The notes under the pieces: model-generated
Databases searched by the model: none
The model's input: only the letters and a program-made list of their open reading frames with translations
Told to the model about the DNA's origin: nothing
Shown here: piece after piece, positions 51,926 through 61,938 of the stretch
How positions within the stretch are numbered: the stretch's first letter is position 1
Layout of the letters: each line of letters begins with the position of its first letter
DNA from: an uncultured Gemmatimonadales bacterium
GTDB taxonomy: Bacteria > Gemmatimonadota > Gemmatimonadetes > Longimicrobiales > RSA9
NCBI GenBank assembly: GCA_963708135.1
Contig: OY970192.1
Span: 4,384,001-4,448,000, forward strand
Length of the DNA: 64,000 nt
Reading direction: 5' to 3'
Position numbers and translations under genes: made by a program

Positions 51926-53971
51926 ATGAGGCCGATTCGCCGCATCGCAGCCGCCGCCCTCGCCGCCGCAGCGCTGGCCGTCCCCGCGCGTGCGCAGGCT
52001 CCGCGCACGATGACCATCGTGGACCTGATCGATCTGCCCTCCCTCTCGAGCGCGTCGCTCTCGCCCGACGGCGCGCGCATCGTCTACGCCCGCAGCGAGC
52101 CGGACTGGAAGGCGGACCGGCGCGTTTCGCACCTCTGGATCGCGGACGTGGCCACCGGCCGCTCCACCCAGATCACCTCCGGCGAGCACGGCGAGAGCGG
52201 GCCCGCGTTCTCGCCGGACGGGCGCTGGGTCGCCTTCACGACCCGCCGCGGCGAGGACGAGGCGAACCAGGTCTACCTGCTGCCGATGGCCGGCGGCGAG
52301 GCCGTGCGGCTGACCCGGCACGCGACGGGGACGTTCGACCTCACCTGGGCGCCCGACGGCTCCGCCGTCTACTTCCGCGCGGCCGATCCCCGCAGCGCGG
52401 AGGAAAAGGCCGCCCAGAAGGCCAAGGACGATGTCTTCGCCTTCGACGAGAACTACCAGCAGGACCACCTGTGGAAGGTCTCCGTCCCGGACGGCAAGGA
52501 GACTCGCATCACCAGTGGCGACTACGACGTCTCCGGCTACGACCTCTCCCGCGACGGCGCCCGCCTCGTCGTGCACCGCGCGCCGAACCCGCTCTACGGC
52601 TACGCCGACCGCGGCGAGCTGTGGATCATGGACGCTTCGGGGCAGGGCGCGCTCCAGCTCACGCGGGACACCGTCATGGAGGGCGGCGGCGAGCTCTCGC
52701 CGGATGGTTCCGAGGTGCTCTTCACCTGCGGCTGCAACGCGGGTCTCGAGGTCTATCACAACACGAAGATGTTTCTCGTGCCAGCGGCCGGCGGCGCGCC
52801 CCGCATGCTGCTCCCCGACATGACGGCCGAGGTCGAGCGCGCCAGCTGGTCGAAGGACGGCAAGGCGATTTACTTCACGGCCAACATGGGCGTGCACAGC
52901 GAGCTGTTCCGCTACGACCTGGGCAGCGGCAAGGCGACCCGGCTCACCGATGGGCAGCACGCGTTGCGCTGGAGCTACGAGCCGAGGAGCGGCACGCACA
53001 TCCTCCAGATCGACCGGCCGGACAATGCCGGGGACATCTACCTCCTCGCCTCGGATGACGGCAAGCCCCGCCAGGTCACCCACGTCTACGACCATTACGC
53101 CGCCGACTTCCGCCTGCCGCGTCAGGAGAAGATCACCTGGAAGGGCGTCGATGGCGTCGAGGTCGAGGGGCTGCTCTACTATCCGCTCGACTACCAGCAG
53201 GGCCGGCGCTACCCGCTCGTCGTCCAGTCCCACGGCGGTCCGCAGGCCTCCGTCAAGTTCGGCTTCGGCCACTGGAGCAACTTCACCCAGGTGCTCACCG
53301 CCATGGGCTACGCCGTGCTCCAGCCCAACTACCGCGGCAGCACCGGCTACGGCGACGCCTTCCAGCGCGACATGGTCGGCCACTACTTCAACCACGCGCA
53401 CACCGACGTAATGCGCGGCGTGGACCGCGTCATCGCCATGGGCATCGCGGCGCCCGACAGCCTCGTCGCCATGGGCTGGAGCGCCGGCGGCCACATGACC
53501 GACAAGCTCATCACCTTCACCGACCGCTTCAAGGCCGCGTCCTCCGGCGCCGGCGCCGCCAACTGGATCTCGATGTACGCGCAGAGCGACGTTCGCACCT
53601 ACCGCACGCCGTGGTTCCTCGGCACGCCGTGGCAGAAGAACGCGCCCATCCAGGCCTTCTGGGACAACTCGCCGCTCAAGGACGTCTGGAAGGTGAAGAC
53701 GCCCACCATCTTCCTCGTCGGCCAGCAGGACCCGCGCGTGCCGATGCCGCAGTCCGTGGAGATGTACCGGGCGCTGCACACCAACGGCGTGCCCACGCAC
53801 CTCTACGTCGCGCCGCGCGAGCCGCACGGCTGGCAGGAGCTCCGCCACGAGCTGTTCCAGGTCAACGCCGACCTGAGCTGGTTCGAGAAGTGGGTACGCG
53901 GCCGCGACTACACGTGGGAGAAGGCGCCGGGGACGGCGCACGGCGGGGCCGAGCTGTCGGACGGGAAATAG
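51926..53971 (+). CDS. S9 family peptidase (acylaminoacyl-peptidase-like) with PD40 propeller
   Basis: Signal peptide, SPDG repeats, HGGP, NYRGSTGYG, GWSAGG, D.RVP, EPHG. Confidence 0.92.
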   Translation: MRPIRRIAAAALAAAALAVPARAQAPRTMTIVDLIDLPSLSSASLSPDGARIVYARSEPDWKADRRVSHLWIADVATGRSTQITSGEHGESGPAFSPDGRWVAFTTRRGEDEANQVYLLPMAGGEAVRLTRHATGTFDLTWAPDGSAVYFRAADPRSAEEKAAQKAKDDVFAFDENYQQDHLWKVSVPDGKETRITSGDYDVSGYDLSRDGARLVVHRAPNPLYGYADRGELWIMDASGQGALQLTRDTVMEGGGELSPDGSEVLFTCGCNAGLEVYHNTKMFLVPAAGGAPRMLLPDMTAEVERASWSKDGKAIYFTANMGVHSELFRYDLGSGKATRLTDGQHALRWSYEPRSGTHILQIDRPDNAGDIYLLASDDGKPRQVTHVYDHYAADFRLPRQEKITWKGVDGVEVEGLLYYPLDYQQGRRYPLVVQSHGGPQASVKFGFGHWSNFTQVLTAMGYAVLQPNYRGSTGYGDAFQRDMVGHYFNHAHTDVMRGVDRVIAMGIAAPDSLVAMGWSAGGHMTDKLITFTDRFKAASSGAGAANWISMYAQSDVRTYRTPWFLGTPWQKNAPIQAFWDNSPLKDVWKVKTPTIFLVGQQDPRVPMPQSVEMYRALHTNGVPTHLYVAPREPHGWQELRHELFQVNADLSWFEKWVRGRDYTWEKAPGTAHGGAELSDGK

Positions 53972-53974
53972 CGC

Positions 53975-54037
53975 GGCTCGGGGCGCGGGGCTCGGGGTGC
54001 AATGTCCCCGAGCCCCGAGCCTCCAGCGCCGAGCCCC
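53975..54037. repeat. 7-nt-period inverted repeat (GGCTCGG/CCGAGCC) between convergent genes
   Basis: GGCTCGGGGCGCGGGGCTCGGGG ... CCCCGAGCCCCGAGCC..GCCGAGCCCC; likely hairpin or terminator. Confidence 0.7.
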
Positions 54038-56850
54038 TACTTCATCCTCACCGCCTTTCCCGTCCCATAGTAGATGCCGTTGAACAGGAACTTGAAGGTC
54101 CCCGCCGGCTGGCCGCGGAAGGTGATCTCGGGCGCGAACAGGAAGAGGTGCCCCTTGCCGACGGGCGCTTCCGCCGCCTCGACCCCGCCGTTGAGGAAGC
54201 TCTCGCCCCACGCCCAGCCGCTCACCAGCGGCGTGGCGCTGTCGAACCAGGCGATCGGGCGGACCCCCCCCGCGCCCTGGCCCAGCCGCATCACCGGGCT
54301 GTGGTCGAAGAAGATGTCGAGGGGATCGGCCATCCCGGCCGTGAGCGGGTCGGTTTCGTCCAGGCGGACGGAGAGGATCGAGCCGGGAACGTAGAACTTC
54401 GAGCTCGGCAGGCGGCGCTCCTTGCCGTCCTTGCCCGGCTCGACCAGCGCGTCCGCGACCGGCAGGCCGAGGTGGCGTGCGAGCACCGTGGAGCTCCCCT
54501 CCGTGATGATGGTCCCGCCGTCCCGGAGGAACCGCTCGAGTTGCGGCACGGTGGTGTCCACCGAGACCTGCCCGAGCCAGGGCCGGTACTGCGCCGGGAT
54601 GGTGGCAGAGTCCGGTTGTCCGCCGAAGCTGCCGCGGCCGCCCCGGTCCGAGCGCTCGCCCGACGGGATGGCGCCGTCCACGAAGACCAGCACGTCGAAC
54701 TTCTTGGCCAGCTTGCCCGCGTCGAGCTCCCGCGCGAACACCTGCCGGAACTGGAAGCCGTAGCGCTCGAAGAGGAAGCGCGTCCAGCCGGACGGCTGCG
54801 AGCCGCCGTAGCGGTCCCACAGCCCGATCCGCACCGGCCGCAGCCTGATCGCCTCGCCGCGCGGCTTCGCGCTCGTCCCCGTGAAGTCGAGCCCCCTGTC
54901 CGCCGCGATCTTCTCGAGCAGCGAGCGCGTCCCGGAACCGGCCGGGATGTAGAACGTGCCCCGCTCCACCGCCTGGCCGGCGACGGTGGCGCCGGCGCGC
55001 AGCCAGTACACGTCCTGCTTCGCGGCGAGCAGCCGGTTCACGGCGTAGAACGCCGCGTTGGCGCGGTGATCGAGCAGGTACCCGCTGGCGCCCGCCACGC
55101 CGGTGACATGGCCGGCGGGCGGCGCGATGTCGACCCCCTCGATCGGCTCGAACGGCCCGTCGAAGCCGTCCAGCACGCGGTCGAAGTGGACGCCCATCTG
55201 GAGGGCGAGCGTGTAGCCGGCGTTGTCGTACGGCGGCTTCGGCGGCGCGCCCGGGTAGGGGATGTCGTTCGGGTGGTGCTGCGGCTCGAACATGTCGAGG
55301 ACGTGCGGCCGGAACGCCTGGTCCGTCTTCACCGCGTACGAGCCGGCGGGATAGTGCCTGCCCGCCACCTCGAAGTCGCTCTTCGCGCGCAGCACCTGCA
55401 CCCCGTTGTCGAGCAGCGAGTTGACGAAGCGGGTGGCGGTGATGAAGTCCGGCTGGTCCGAGGGCAGGATGTAGCCACGCGGGTCGCGGGCCGCAGGCTC
55501 GCGGAACAGGGCGGTGAACTGCGGCGTCGCCAGGGTGTCCGGCCGCCGCCCGAAGTAGTCCGCTTCGCCGGGAGCCCGCTTGTTGTCCGCATCGGCCACC
55601 GCCTCGGCCGCCTCGACCGTCGCCGCCGTCGTCGTCCAGTGGTCGGTGCTGCCGCGCTCGATAGAGTTCTTCCCCATCCGGTAGATGTTAAAGAGGAAGT
55701 GCTCCCGGAAGCGCGCCGCCAGGTCGAGCACCGCCCGGTCCGCGGTCAGCTCGTACGCCAGCGACTGCGCGAAATGCCACGGCTGCGGCTGGATCGGATC
55801 CAGCATGTCCGCCTTCGGCAGCTGCCGCGCCGGCACGAACGGGATGTGGATCGGCGTCGGGTTGCCGATCGTCTCCGTCAGCAGCCCGATCATGTTGTGG
55901 AAGTACGCCTCCGTCCGCAGCCCCCCGTTCCACCACGTCGAGTACGACGAGCCCGTCCGCACGGTCACGCCCGGCATGTCGTGCGCGATGAAGCTCGTCT
56001 GCATCGCCGCGCCGACCAGGTCGATCCCCGAGATGACCAGCGGGTCGATGTTGTAATTGAACGGATCGCGGAACGGCGGCGCGAACATCACCGCCCCCTC
56101 CGGACCCGTCTGATGATGGTTGTAGATGATCTGCGGGTACCACGTCCGGTAGGCGATCCGATTCATGTTCTGCGTCTCGGGCAGCGCCGAGAGGTAGAAG
56201 TCCCGGTTGTTGTCGTGCCCCGCGTACTTCTCGTACAGCCGCGGAATGCCCGACGTCAACCGATCCTCCAGCACCGGATTCCGGTTGTACCAGTCCGAGA
56301 CCAGGTCCATCCCGTCCGGATTGGCGTGCACCGCCAGGAGGATCACGTTGTCCAGGATCCGCTGCGTCTCCGGGTCGTTCCGGCTCACCATCTCGTAGAC
56401 CAGCTCGATCAGCTGCTCCGCGCCCAGAACCTCCGTGGCGTGCAGCCCGCCGTCGATCCACACCACCGCCTTCCCCTCCTTCGCCAGCGCCCGCGCCTCC
56501 TCGTCCGTCAGCCCCTTCGCCAGCGCCACCCGCTGCGCGATGTCGCGGTAGTGCGCCAGCTGCTTCTGGTTCGCCGGCGACGTGATGATCGCCATCAGCT
56601 GCCGGCGCCCCTCCGCCGTCGGCCCGATGTCGCGCAGCACCATGCGGTCCGACTCCGACGCCAGCGTCTTCCAGTACGCAGCCAGCTGCTGGTAGTTGGC
56701 CAGATGGTAGTCGGCGCCGATGTCGAAGCCGAACGCCTCCTTCGGCGTCGTGATGCGGGTCTGCGCCCGCAGCCCCGGCACCGAGGCAGCCAGGAGCAGC
56801 AGCAGCGAGAGCGCGGTCCGGCCGGCGGCCGGTGCCCTGCGAGAATGCAT
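54037..56850 (-). CDS. M14 family zinc carboxypeptidase-like protein
   Basis: Signal peptide, GLHATE (HxxE), NPDG, DNNRD, YNHHQ; C-terminal GATase-like domain. Confidence 0.88.
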   Translation of the reverse strand: MHSRRAPAAGRTALSLLLLLAASVPGLRAQTRITTPKEAFGFDIGADYHLANYQQLAAYWKTLASESDRMVLRDIGPTAEGRRQLMAIITSPANQKQLAHYRDIAQRVALAKGLTDEEARALAKEGKAVVWIDGGLHATEVLGAEQLIELVYEMVSRNDPETQRILDNVILLAVHANPDGMDLVSDWYNRNPVLEDRLTSGIPRLYEKYAGHDNNRDFYLSALPETQNMNRIAYRTWYPQIIYNHHQTGPEGAVMFAPPFRDPFNYNIDPLVISGIDLVGAAMQTSFIAHDMPGVTVRTGSSYSTWWNGGLRTEAYFHNMIGLLTETIGNPTPIHIPFVPARQLPKADMLDPIQPQPWHFAQSLAYELTADRAVLDLAARFREHFLFNIYRMGKNSIERGSTDHWTTTAATVEAAEAVADADNKRAPGEADYFGRRPDTLATPQFTALFREPAARDPRGYILPSDQPDFITATRFVNSLLDNGVQVLRAKSDFEVAGRHYPAGSYAVKTDQAFRPHVLDMFEPQHHPNDIPYPGAPPKPPYDNAGYTLALQMGVHFDRVLDGFDGPFEPIEGVDIAPPAGHVTGVAGASGYLLDHRANAAFYAVNRLLAAKQDVYWLRAGATVAGQAVERGTFYIPAGSGTRSLLEKIAADRGLDFTGTSAKPRGEAIRLRPVRIGLWDRYGGSQPSGWTRFLFERYGFQFRQVFARELDAGKLAKKFDVLVFVDGAIPSGERSDRGGRGSFGGQPDSATIPAQYRPWLGQVSVDTTVPQLERFLRDGGTIITEGSSTVLARHLGLPVADALVEPGKDGKERRLPSSKFYVPGSILSVRLDETDPLTAGMADPLDIFFDHSPVMRLGQGAGGVRPIAWFDSATPLVSGWAWGESFLNGGVEAAEAPVGKGHLFLFAPEITFRGQPAGTFKFLFNGIYYGTGKAVRMK

Positions 56851-56921
56851 GGTCCGTCTCCTTCAGTGGGATCGACCGAATCGTGACAGGTGGGGTTCCC
56901 TAGGATGGCGCCTGCCCTCCC

Positions 56922-57098
56922 CTCGGTCAATACAGCCCGCGTGCGTTCGCAGCTACGAGGCGCACCGGGTGCGCGGGCTCGAGGAGGCTAGCCGGGCGCC
57001 GCACCGGATCCCGCCCGCCCAGGTCGCCGAATGCGAACGCAGACGTGGAAGGGGTGCACCGGTTGATGGAGGAAGAGTTCTTCGACCTGGAGACGCCG
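56922..57098 (+). mobile_element. Degenerate, internally deleted IS481-like transposase remnant
   Basis: SVNT.R / VRSYEAHRVRGLEEASRAPHRIP (HTH-like) joined at CCGCCCGCCC to PRSPNANADVEGVHRLMEEEFFDLE (integrase-core N..VE..H helix). Confidence 0.5.
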
Positions 57099-57204
57099 TC
57101 GGAGAGCTGGGTCATGATGTGCCCGTACTTGACGCCCCGGAGCCTCCCGCCGCTGGACCTTCGCTCCAATCATTGTTAACTTACAGTGCTGAGCAGCCTC
57201 GTCT

Positions 57205-57245
57205 CACCGGGACCCGGGCGGCCCCCGCGTTCCGGTGGTTTTTTT
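57205..57245 (+). terminator. Terminator-like hairpin immediately upstream of rpsU
   Basis: CACCGGGAC...GTTCCGGTG stem followed by G-T7, about 20 nt before the rpsU ATG. Confidence 0.65.
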
Positions 57246-57266
57246 CGAATTCGGGAAGGAGCGGAC

Positions 57267-57461
57267 ATGATCGAAGTCAAGCTATCGGAAAGCGATCGAC
57301 TGGATTGGGCGCTGAAGCAGTTCCGGCGCAAGCTGATTCGTTCCGGACTGTTCCGGGACATCAAGAGGAAGCGGTTCTACGAGAAGCCGAGCGAGGCGCG
57401 CAAGCGCAAGTCGGCGGCGGCGCGGCGGCGTAACGCGCGGGCGCGGCGGCGTCGGAGCTGA
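57267..57461 (+). CDS. rpsU: 30S ribosomal protein bS21
   Basis: MIEVKL...ALKQFRRK...KRFYEKPSEARKRK; AAGGAG RBS. Confidence 0.92.
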   Translation: MIEVKLSESDRLDWALKQFRRKLIRSGLFRDIKRKRFYEKPSEARKRKSAAARRRNARARRRRS

Positions 57462-57485
57462 GGCCGGCGGGCGTGATGGACCGGC

Positions 57486-59375
57486 TCAGCCGAGGCCGAT
57501 GAGCTCGAGGAGCACGAGCGCGTTGGTGGAGGTGGCGAGGCCGGGCCGAAGCCGGTAATCGAAGGTCATCGGGGGCCCGTTGCCGTCCGGGTGGAGGGTT
57601 TCCGTGAAGTGCACGGCGCGCGCGGCGCCGGCGAGCTCCGCGGCCTCGGCGAGCGCGAGGTCGTGGGTCGTCACGGTGCCGATCGCCCCTTGCTGCAGCA
57701 GATGAGCGAGGATGCGGCGCGCGGCGATCTGCCGCTCCTCCGTGTTGGTCCCCTGCAGCATCTCATCGATCAGGTAGACGAGGCGCCTGCCTTCCCGCCG
57801 TGCGGCATCCGCGGCATCCACGATCGACTTCAGCCGCCTGAGCTCCGCCATGTAGCGGGAGATCCCGGCCTCGAGGGAGTCCTCGACGCGCACGCTGGAG
57901 TGCACCTGCACGGCGGGCATGCGGAGCGAGCGCGCACACGCGGGTCCGCCCGCCTGGGCGAGCACCAGGTTGGTGCCGATGGCGCGGAGCAGCGTGCTCT
58001 TGCCCGACATGTTGGAGCCCGTCACCAGCAGGAAGGTGCCGGGCGGTCCCACGGTGACGTCGTTCCGGACGCAGCGGCCGGGCGGGATGAGCGGGTGGCC
58101 GAGCGCTTCCGCGCGGACCTCCGTGCCGCCCTCCTCGTCGGGCTCGATCAGGACCGGGAGGCACCAGTCGGGGTGGTCGTGGCGGAGCGCCGCGAGCGCG
58201 GCCAGGCCGTCCGCGGTGCCGAGCGCATCCGCCCAGCGGGCGGCTCTCTCGGCGCCGATCCTGTCGCGCAGGTGCTCGATGGCGGCCGCCACGTGGAAGT
58301 CCCACATCGTGAGGAACTGCAGCGGGCCGTGGAGCATGGGGGAGAGGCGTGTGTCGGCGAGGTGCACCAGGCCGCGCAGCCGGCGCAGGAGCGAGACGGC
58401 CGGCCGCCCGTCGGCCGACAGCGAGTCCTGCACGTCCCGCAGGAGCGGCGCATCGAAGCGTGCGGCGGAGAGCGCCGCGAGCAGGGGGACGTAGTCCTGG
58501 AAGCGGCCGTCGGCGGCCGAGACGCCAGCGAGGCTGCGGTCGATGCGGCGGCGTAGCGCGAGCCGGAGCACGAAGCCGGCGCCCAGTGGATAGAGCCAGA
58601 GGCTCGACGGCACCGCTCCCGCGGCGGCGGCGGCCCCGAGCGCCACCGCGAGGGCCGGCAGGAGCCGGGTGGTCCAGAGGAGCGCGGGGCGCGCCGTCAG
58701 CCACGGCGGCTGCGCGGCCCACGTCGTGAAGCGGTCCACGACGGCCGCCGGGATCTCTCCGGCGAGACGGCCGTGCGCGGCGAGCTCGTCGCGGAGCTCG
58801 AGCCGGGGCGCCAGCTCCGCCACCGCCGCCTGCCTCGCCCGGACCACGTCCGGCGGCGCCGGTCCGAGCAGCCAGCGGGCGAGCGCCTCGCGGCCCGGCG
58901 CCGTGGACACGCTGGACAGCAGGCGCCAGAGCGAGCCGTGGCCGAACACGTCCAGGTCCACCGCGTAAGGGTGACCCTGCGGCGCCGCCGCGGGGCCGCG
59001 CGCCGGGAGCGCGTCCCACGCCCGCTCGAGCCGTGCGAGGCCCTCCCGCGCGAGCTCCGCCAGCGCCTCGAACCAGCGCTGCCGCGCCCGCGCCCGCCGG
59101 TGCAACCGCACGAGCGCGATGAAGGCGACGCCGAGGCCGCCGGCCGCCAGCGCGAGCAGCGCGCCGCCGCGGCCGCCGACGTCGTGGCTCCCGATGAGGG
59201 CCAGCAGGCCGAAGAGGAAGGTGGTTCCGCGCGTGGCCGAGAGCCGGCTCCCGCGCGCCGCCCACGCCGCGGCCTCCCGCTCGAACCGCTCCCGCCGCTC
59301 GCGGTACCGTGCGGCGGGGTCCGACTCGGGCCGCGGCTCGACGCGCGGCGCGGCCGCCGCTCGCTCGGCCGTCAC
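57486..59375 (-). CDS. Membrane-anchored MutS-related ATPase (domain V only)
   Basis: HPYAVDLDVFG..SL, TGSNMSGKST, SRYMAEL, IDEMLQGTN, TTHDL; GTG start overlaps the upstream stop. Confidence 0.88.
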   Translation of the reverse strand: MTAERAAAAPRVEPRPESDPAARYRERRERFEREAAAWAARGSRLSATRGTTFLFGLLALIGSHDVGGRGGALLALAAGGLGVAFIALVRLHRRARARQRWFEALAELAREGLARLERAWDALPARGPAAAPQGHPYAVDLDVFGHGSLWRLLSSVSTAPGREALARWLLGPAPPDVVRARQAAVAELAPRLELRDELAAHGRLAGEIPAAVVDRFTTWAAQPPWLTARPALLWTTRLLPALAVALGAAAAAGAVPSSLWLYPLGAGFVLRLALRRRIDRSLAGVSAADGRFQDYVPLLAALSAARFDAPLLRDVQDSLSADGRPAVSLLRRLRGLVHLADTRLSPMLHGPLQFLTMWDFHVAAAIEHLRDRIGAERAARWADALGTADGLAALAALRHDHPDWCLPVLIEPDEEGGTEVRAEALGHPLIPPGRCVRNDVTVGPPGTFLLVTGSNMSGKSTLLRAIGTNLVLAQAGGPACARSLRMPAVQVHSSVRVEDSLEAGISRYMAELRRLKSIVDAADAARREGRRLVYLIDEMLQGTNTEERQIAARRILAHLLQQGAIGTVTTHDLALAEAAELAGAARAVHFTETLHPDGNGPPMTFDYRLRPGLATSTNALVLLELIGLG

Positions 59376-60715
59376 GGCCGCTCCGGCCCCAGGCCGGCCA
59401 CCGCGGGCGGCGAGCCCGCCGCGGACGGCGCGGGCGCCCGGGCCTGCGCGGGCACCGCGTCGCCTCCGCGGATGCGCCGGGCCAGGATCACGCCCACGGC
59501 CAGGTCCGCCGTGACGTTCGCGGTGGTGCGGAACATGTCGGGCACGGTGTTGACGCCCAGCAGCACGCCGATGCCCGCGGCGGGGACGCCGGCCGCCACG
59601 AGGACGGGGACGAGGATGATGATCGAGCCGCCGGGGATCCCCGGGATGCCGAAGGTCGCGATGACGGAGGTGACCGAGATGGTGGCGATCTGGGCCGCCT
59701 GGAGGTGGATCCCGTACAGCCGCGCGATGAAGAGGACGCCGATCATCTGTCCGAGCGCGCCCGCGATCCGGAAGGTGGAGGCGGCGAGCGGCAGATAGAA
59801 GGCGCCGATCTCGCGCGGCAGGCGGAGCCTCTCGTCGGCAGCCTCGATCATGGCGGGCAGCGAGGCCAGGGAGGAGCGCGAGCTGAACGCCACGGCCTGC
59901 GCCGGCGCCGCCGCGCGCGCGAACTCCCGCACGCGGATCCGGCCGAGTCCCGCCGCCAGCGGGTAGAGTGCGGCGATGCAGACGACCGCGACCACCACGA
60001 CCACGAGGACGTACCACGCGATGGCGCCCGCCGCGGCCAGACCGAGGCGCGTGGCCAGCGGCAGCGCGAGCGCGAACACGCCGAGGGGCGCGAGCGCGAG
60101 CACCCACCGGACCAGCACCAGCATGCCCTCCGCCACCCCCTCGATCCCGCGTACCACCGTCTCCCTCGCCTCCCCCCGGACACGCGTGAGCGCCAGGCCG
60201 AAGGCGAGCGAGAACAGGATCAGCGGCAGGAGCGCGCCGTCCGCCGCCGCCTTCACCGGATTGGGCGGAACGAGCCCGACGAGCCAGTCGCGGAAGCCGG
60301 GCACCGCGCCGGCGCCGCGCGCGGCCAGCTCCCCGCCGGAGGCGGCCAGCGCCCGCAGCCCCGCCGCCGCGCCGGGATCGATCGGCAGCAGGGCCATCAG
60401 CGGCGCGCCGATCGCCAGGGCCAACCCCGTCGCGGCGAAGAGCAGGAGCAGGAAGAGCGCGAGCGCCCCGCCGCCGAGCCGTCCGATCGTGCGCGGGTCG
60501 CGCGCGGAGGCCACGCCCGCCACCAGGCTGGACACGACCAGCGGGATCACGGTCATGCGGATGGCGTTCACCCACAGCGTGCCCACCGGCTCGACCGCGT
60601 CGCCGATGCGGAGCAGCGCCGGGCTGCCCGCGGCCGACAACGCCAGGCCGGCGCCGAGGCCCAGCACGAGCCCGAGCAGGACCCGGCCCGTCAGCGATCT
60701 GGGGAAAAGCTTCAT
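59372..60715 (-). CDS. Dicarboxylate/amino acid:cation symporter (DAACS, GltP-like)
   Basis: AFSSRSSLASLP, GIPGG, DMFRTTANVTAD. Confidence 0.9.
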   Translation of the reverse strand: MKLFPRSLTGRVLLGLVLGLGAGLALSAAGSPALLRIGDAVEPVGTLWVNAIRMTVIPLVVSSLVAGVASARDPRTIGRLGGGALALFLLLLFAATGLALAIGAPLMALLPIDPGAAAGLRALAASGGELAARGAGAVPGFRDWLVGLVPPNPVKAAADGALLPLILFSLAFGLALTRVRGEARETVVRGIEGVAEGMLVLVRWVLALAPLGVFALALPLATRLGLAAAGAIAWYVLVVVVVAVVCIAALYPLAAGLGRIRVREFARAAAPAQAVAFSSRSSLASLPAMIEAADERLRLPREIGAFYLPLAASTFRIAGALGQMIGVLFIARLYGIHLQAAQIATISVTSVIATFGIPGIPGGSIIILVPVLVAAGVPAAGIGVLLGVNTVPDMFRTTANVTADLAVGVILARRIRGGDAVPAQARAPAPSAAGSPPAVAGLGPERP

Positions 60716-60933
60716 GGCGGAGGTCTCCTGGATGGCGGCGCCCGGGGCGGCCCAAGCTTACGGCCCCCGCGGCCGCTGCGGCAAGCACGGGTGGGAGGTG
60801 CCGGCCCGGCGAAGCAGCTGCTCGCCCATGCCCGCTCGGCGTCGCCGCCGCTGCTTGCCGGGCGCGCGGCCGCCGGCCAGATTTTCCCCGCCGGCGCCCG
60901 GCCGGCACCCTCGACCTCGCGCCCGGACCCGCC

Positions 60934-61857
60934 ATGTCGCTCGCCCGAACGCTGCTGCTGCGCGCCTCCGAGAGCGCGCGCCTCCGCCGCGCCATCCCTC
61001 ACCTGCCGCTGGCCCGCCGCGCCGTCGCCCGGTTCATGCCCGGCGAGACGCTGGACGCCGCGCTCGATGCGGCGGCCCGGTTCGGGGAGGAGGGTATCCC
61101 CACGGTGCTCACCTCGCTCGGCGAGAACGTCACGAGCGAGGCCGAGGCCGACGCCGTCCGGGACCACTACGTCGATGCCGTGGAGCGCACGGCGGCCCGC
61201 GGCGTTGATGCTTACTTCTCCGTGAAGCCGACGCAGCTCGGGCTCGATCTCGGCGACGCCGGCGCGGCCGGCCGCATCGGCCGCGTGGCCGCGGCGGCGG
61301 CCGGGCAGGGCCAGCCTGTGTTCATCGACATGGAGGCGAGCCCCTACACCGAGCGCACGATCGCGCTCCTCGAGGCGCGCATCGGCGAGAACGACAATCT
61401 CGGCCTCTGCCTGCAGGCCTACATGCGCCGCACGCCCACCGACCTCGAGCGCGTGCTCGACCGCACCACCCGCATCCGGCTCGTGAAGGGCGCCTACAAG
61501 GAGCCGCCGAGCGTCACCCTGCAGTCCCGCGCCGAGATCGACGCCCGCTACCTCGAGCTCGCCCGCCGCATCCTCGAGCGGGCCGGCGAGCTCGGTGGAG
61601 CGGCGCCGGCGTTCGGCACCCACGACCTCGCCCTCGTGCGTCGCATCGCGGACGCCGCCGCGGAGATCGGCGTGCCCCGGGACGCCTTCGAGATCCAGAT
61701 GCTCTACGGCATCAGGCCCGAGGACCAGCGCCGCTTAGCGGCCGAAGGGTTCCGCCTGCGCGTCCTCATCAGCTACGGCAGCGCCTGGTATCCCTGGTTC
61801 ATGCGACGCCTCGCCGAGAAGCCCTCCAACCTCCTCTTCGTGCTGCGCCGCGGCTGA
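60934..61857 (+). CDS. Monofunctional proline dehydrogenase
   Basis: RFMPGE, SVKPTQLG, IDME, LQAY, RLVKGAYKE, THD, QMLYG, FMRRLAE. Confidence 0.92.
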   Translation: MSLARTLLLRASESARLRRAIPHLPLARRAVARFMPGETLDAALDAAARFGEEGIPTVLTSLGENVTSEAEADAVRDHYVDAVERTAARGVDAYFSVKPTQLGLDLGDAGAAGRIGRVAAAAAGQGQPVFIDMEASPYTERTIALLEARIGENDNLGLCLQAYMRRTPTDLERVLDRTTRIRLVKGAYKEPPSVTLQSRAEIDARYLELARRILERAGELGGAAPAFGTHDLALVRRIADAAAEIGVPRDAFEIQMLYGIRPEDQRRLAAEGFRLRVLISYGSAWYPWFMRRLAEKPSNLLFVLRRG

Positions 61858-61875
61858 GCACCCCGCGCACGCGAA

Positions 61876-61920
61876 GACGGCGGCGCCGCGGGACCAGCCC
61901 GCGGCGCCGCCGTCGCCTTT
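61876..61920. terminator. Hairpin/terminator between convergent genes
   Basis: 17-bp perfect stem GACGGCGGCGCCGCGGG / CCCGCGGCGCCGCCGTC, 5-nt loop, short T run. Confidence 0.75.
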
Positions 61921-61938
61921 CGCGCCTCGCTTCGGCGG

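Noticed and set aside
57066..57179. Small ORF MEEEFFDLETPSESWVMMCPYL... as an rpsU leader peptide
   Set aside because: Its start is better explained as part of the transposase remnant and it overlaps the putative promoter; no other support.
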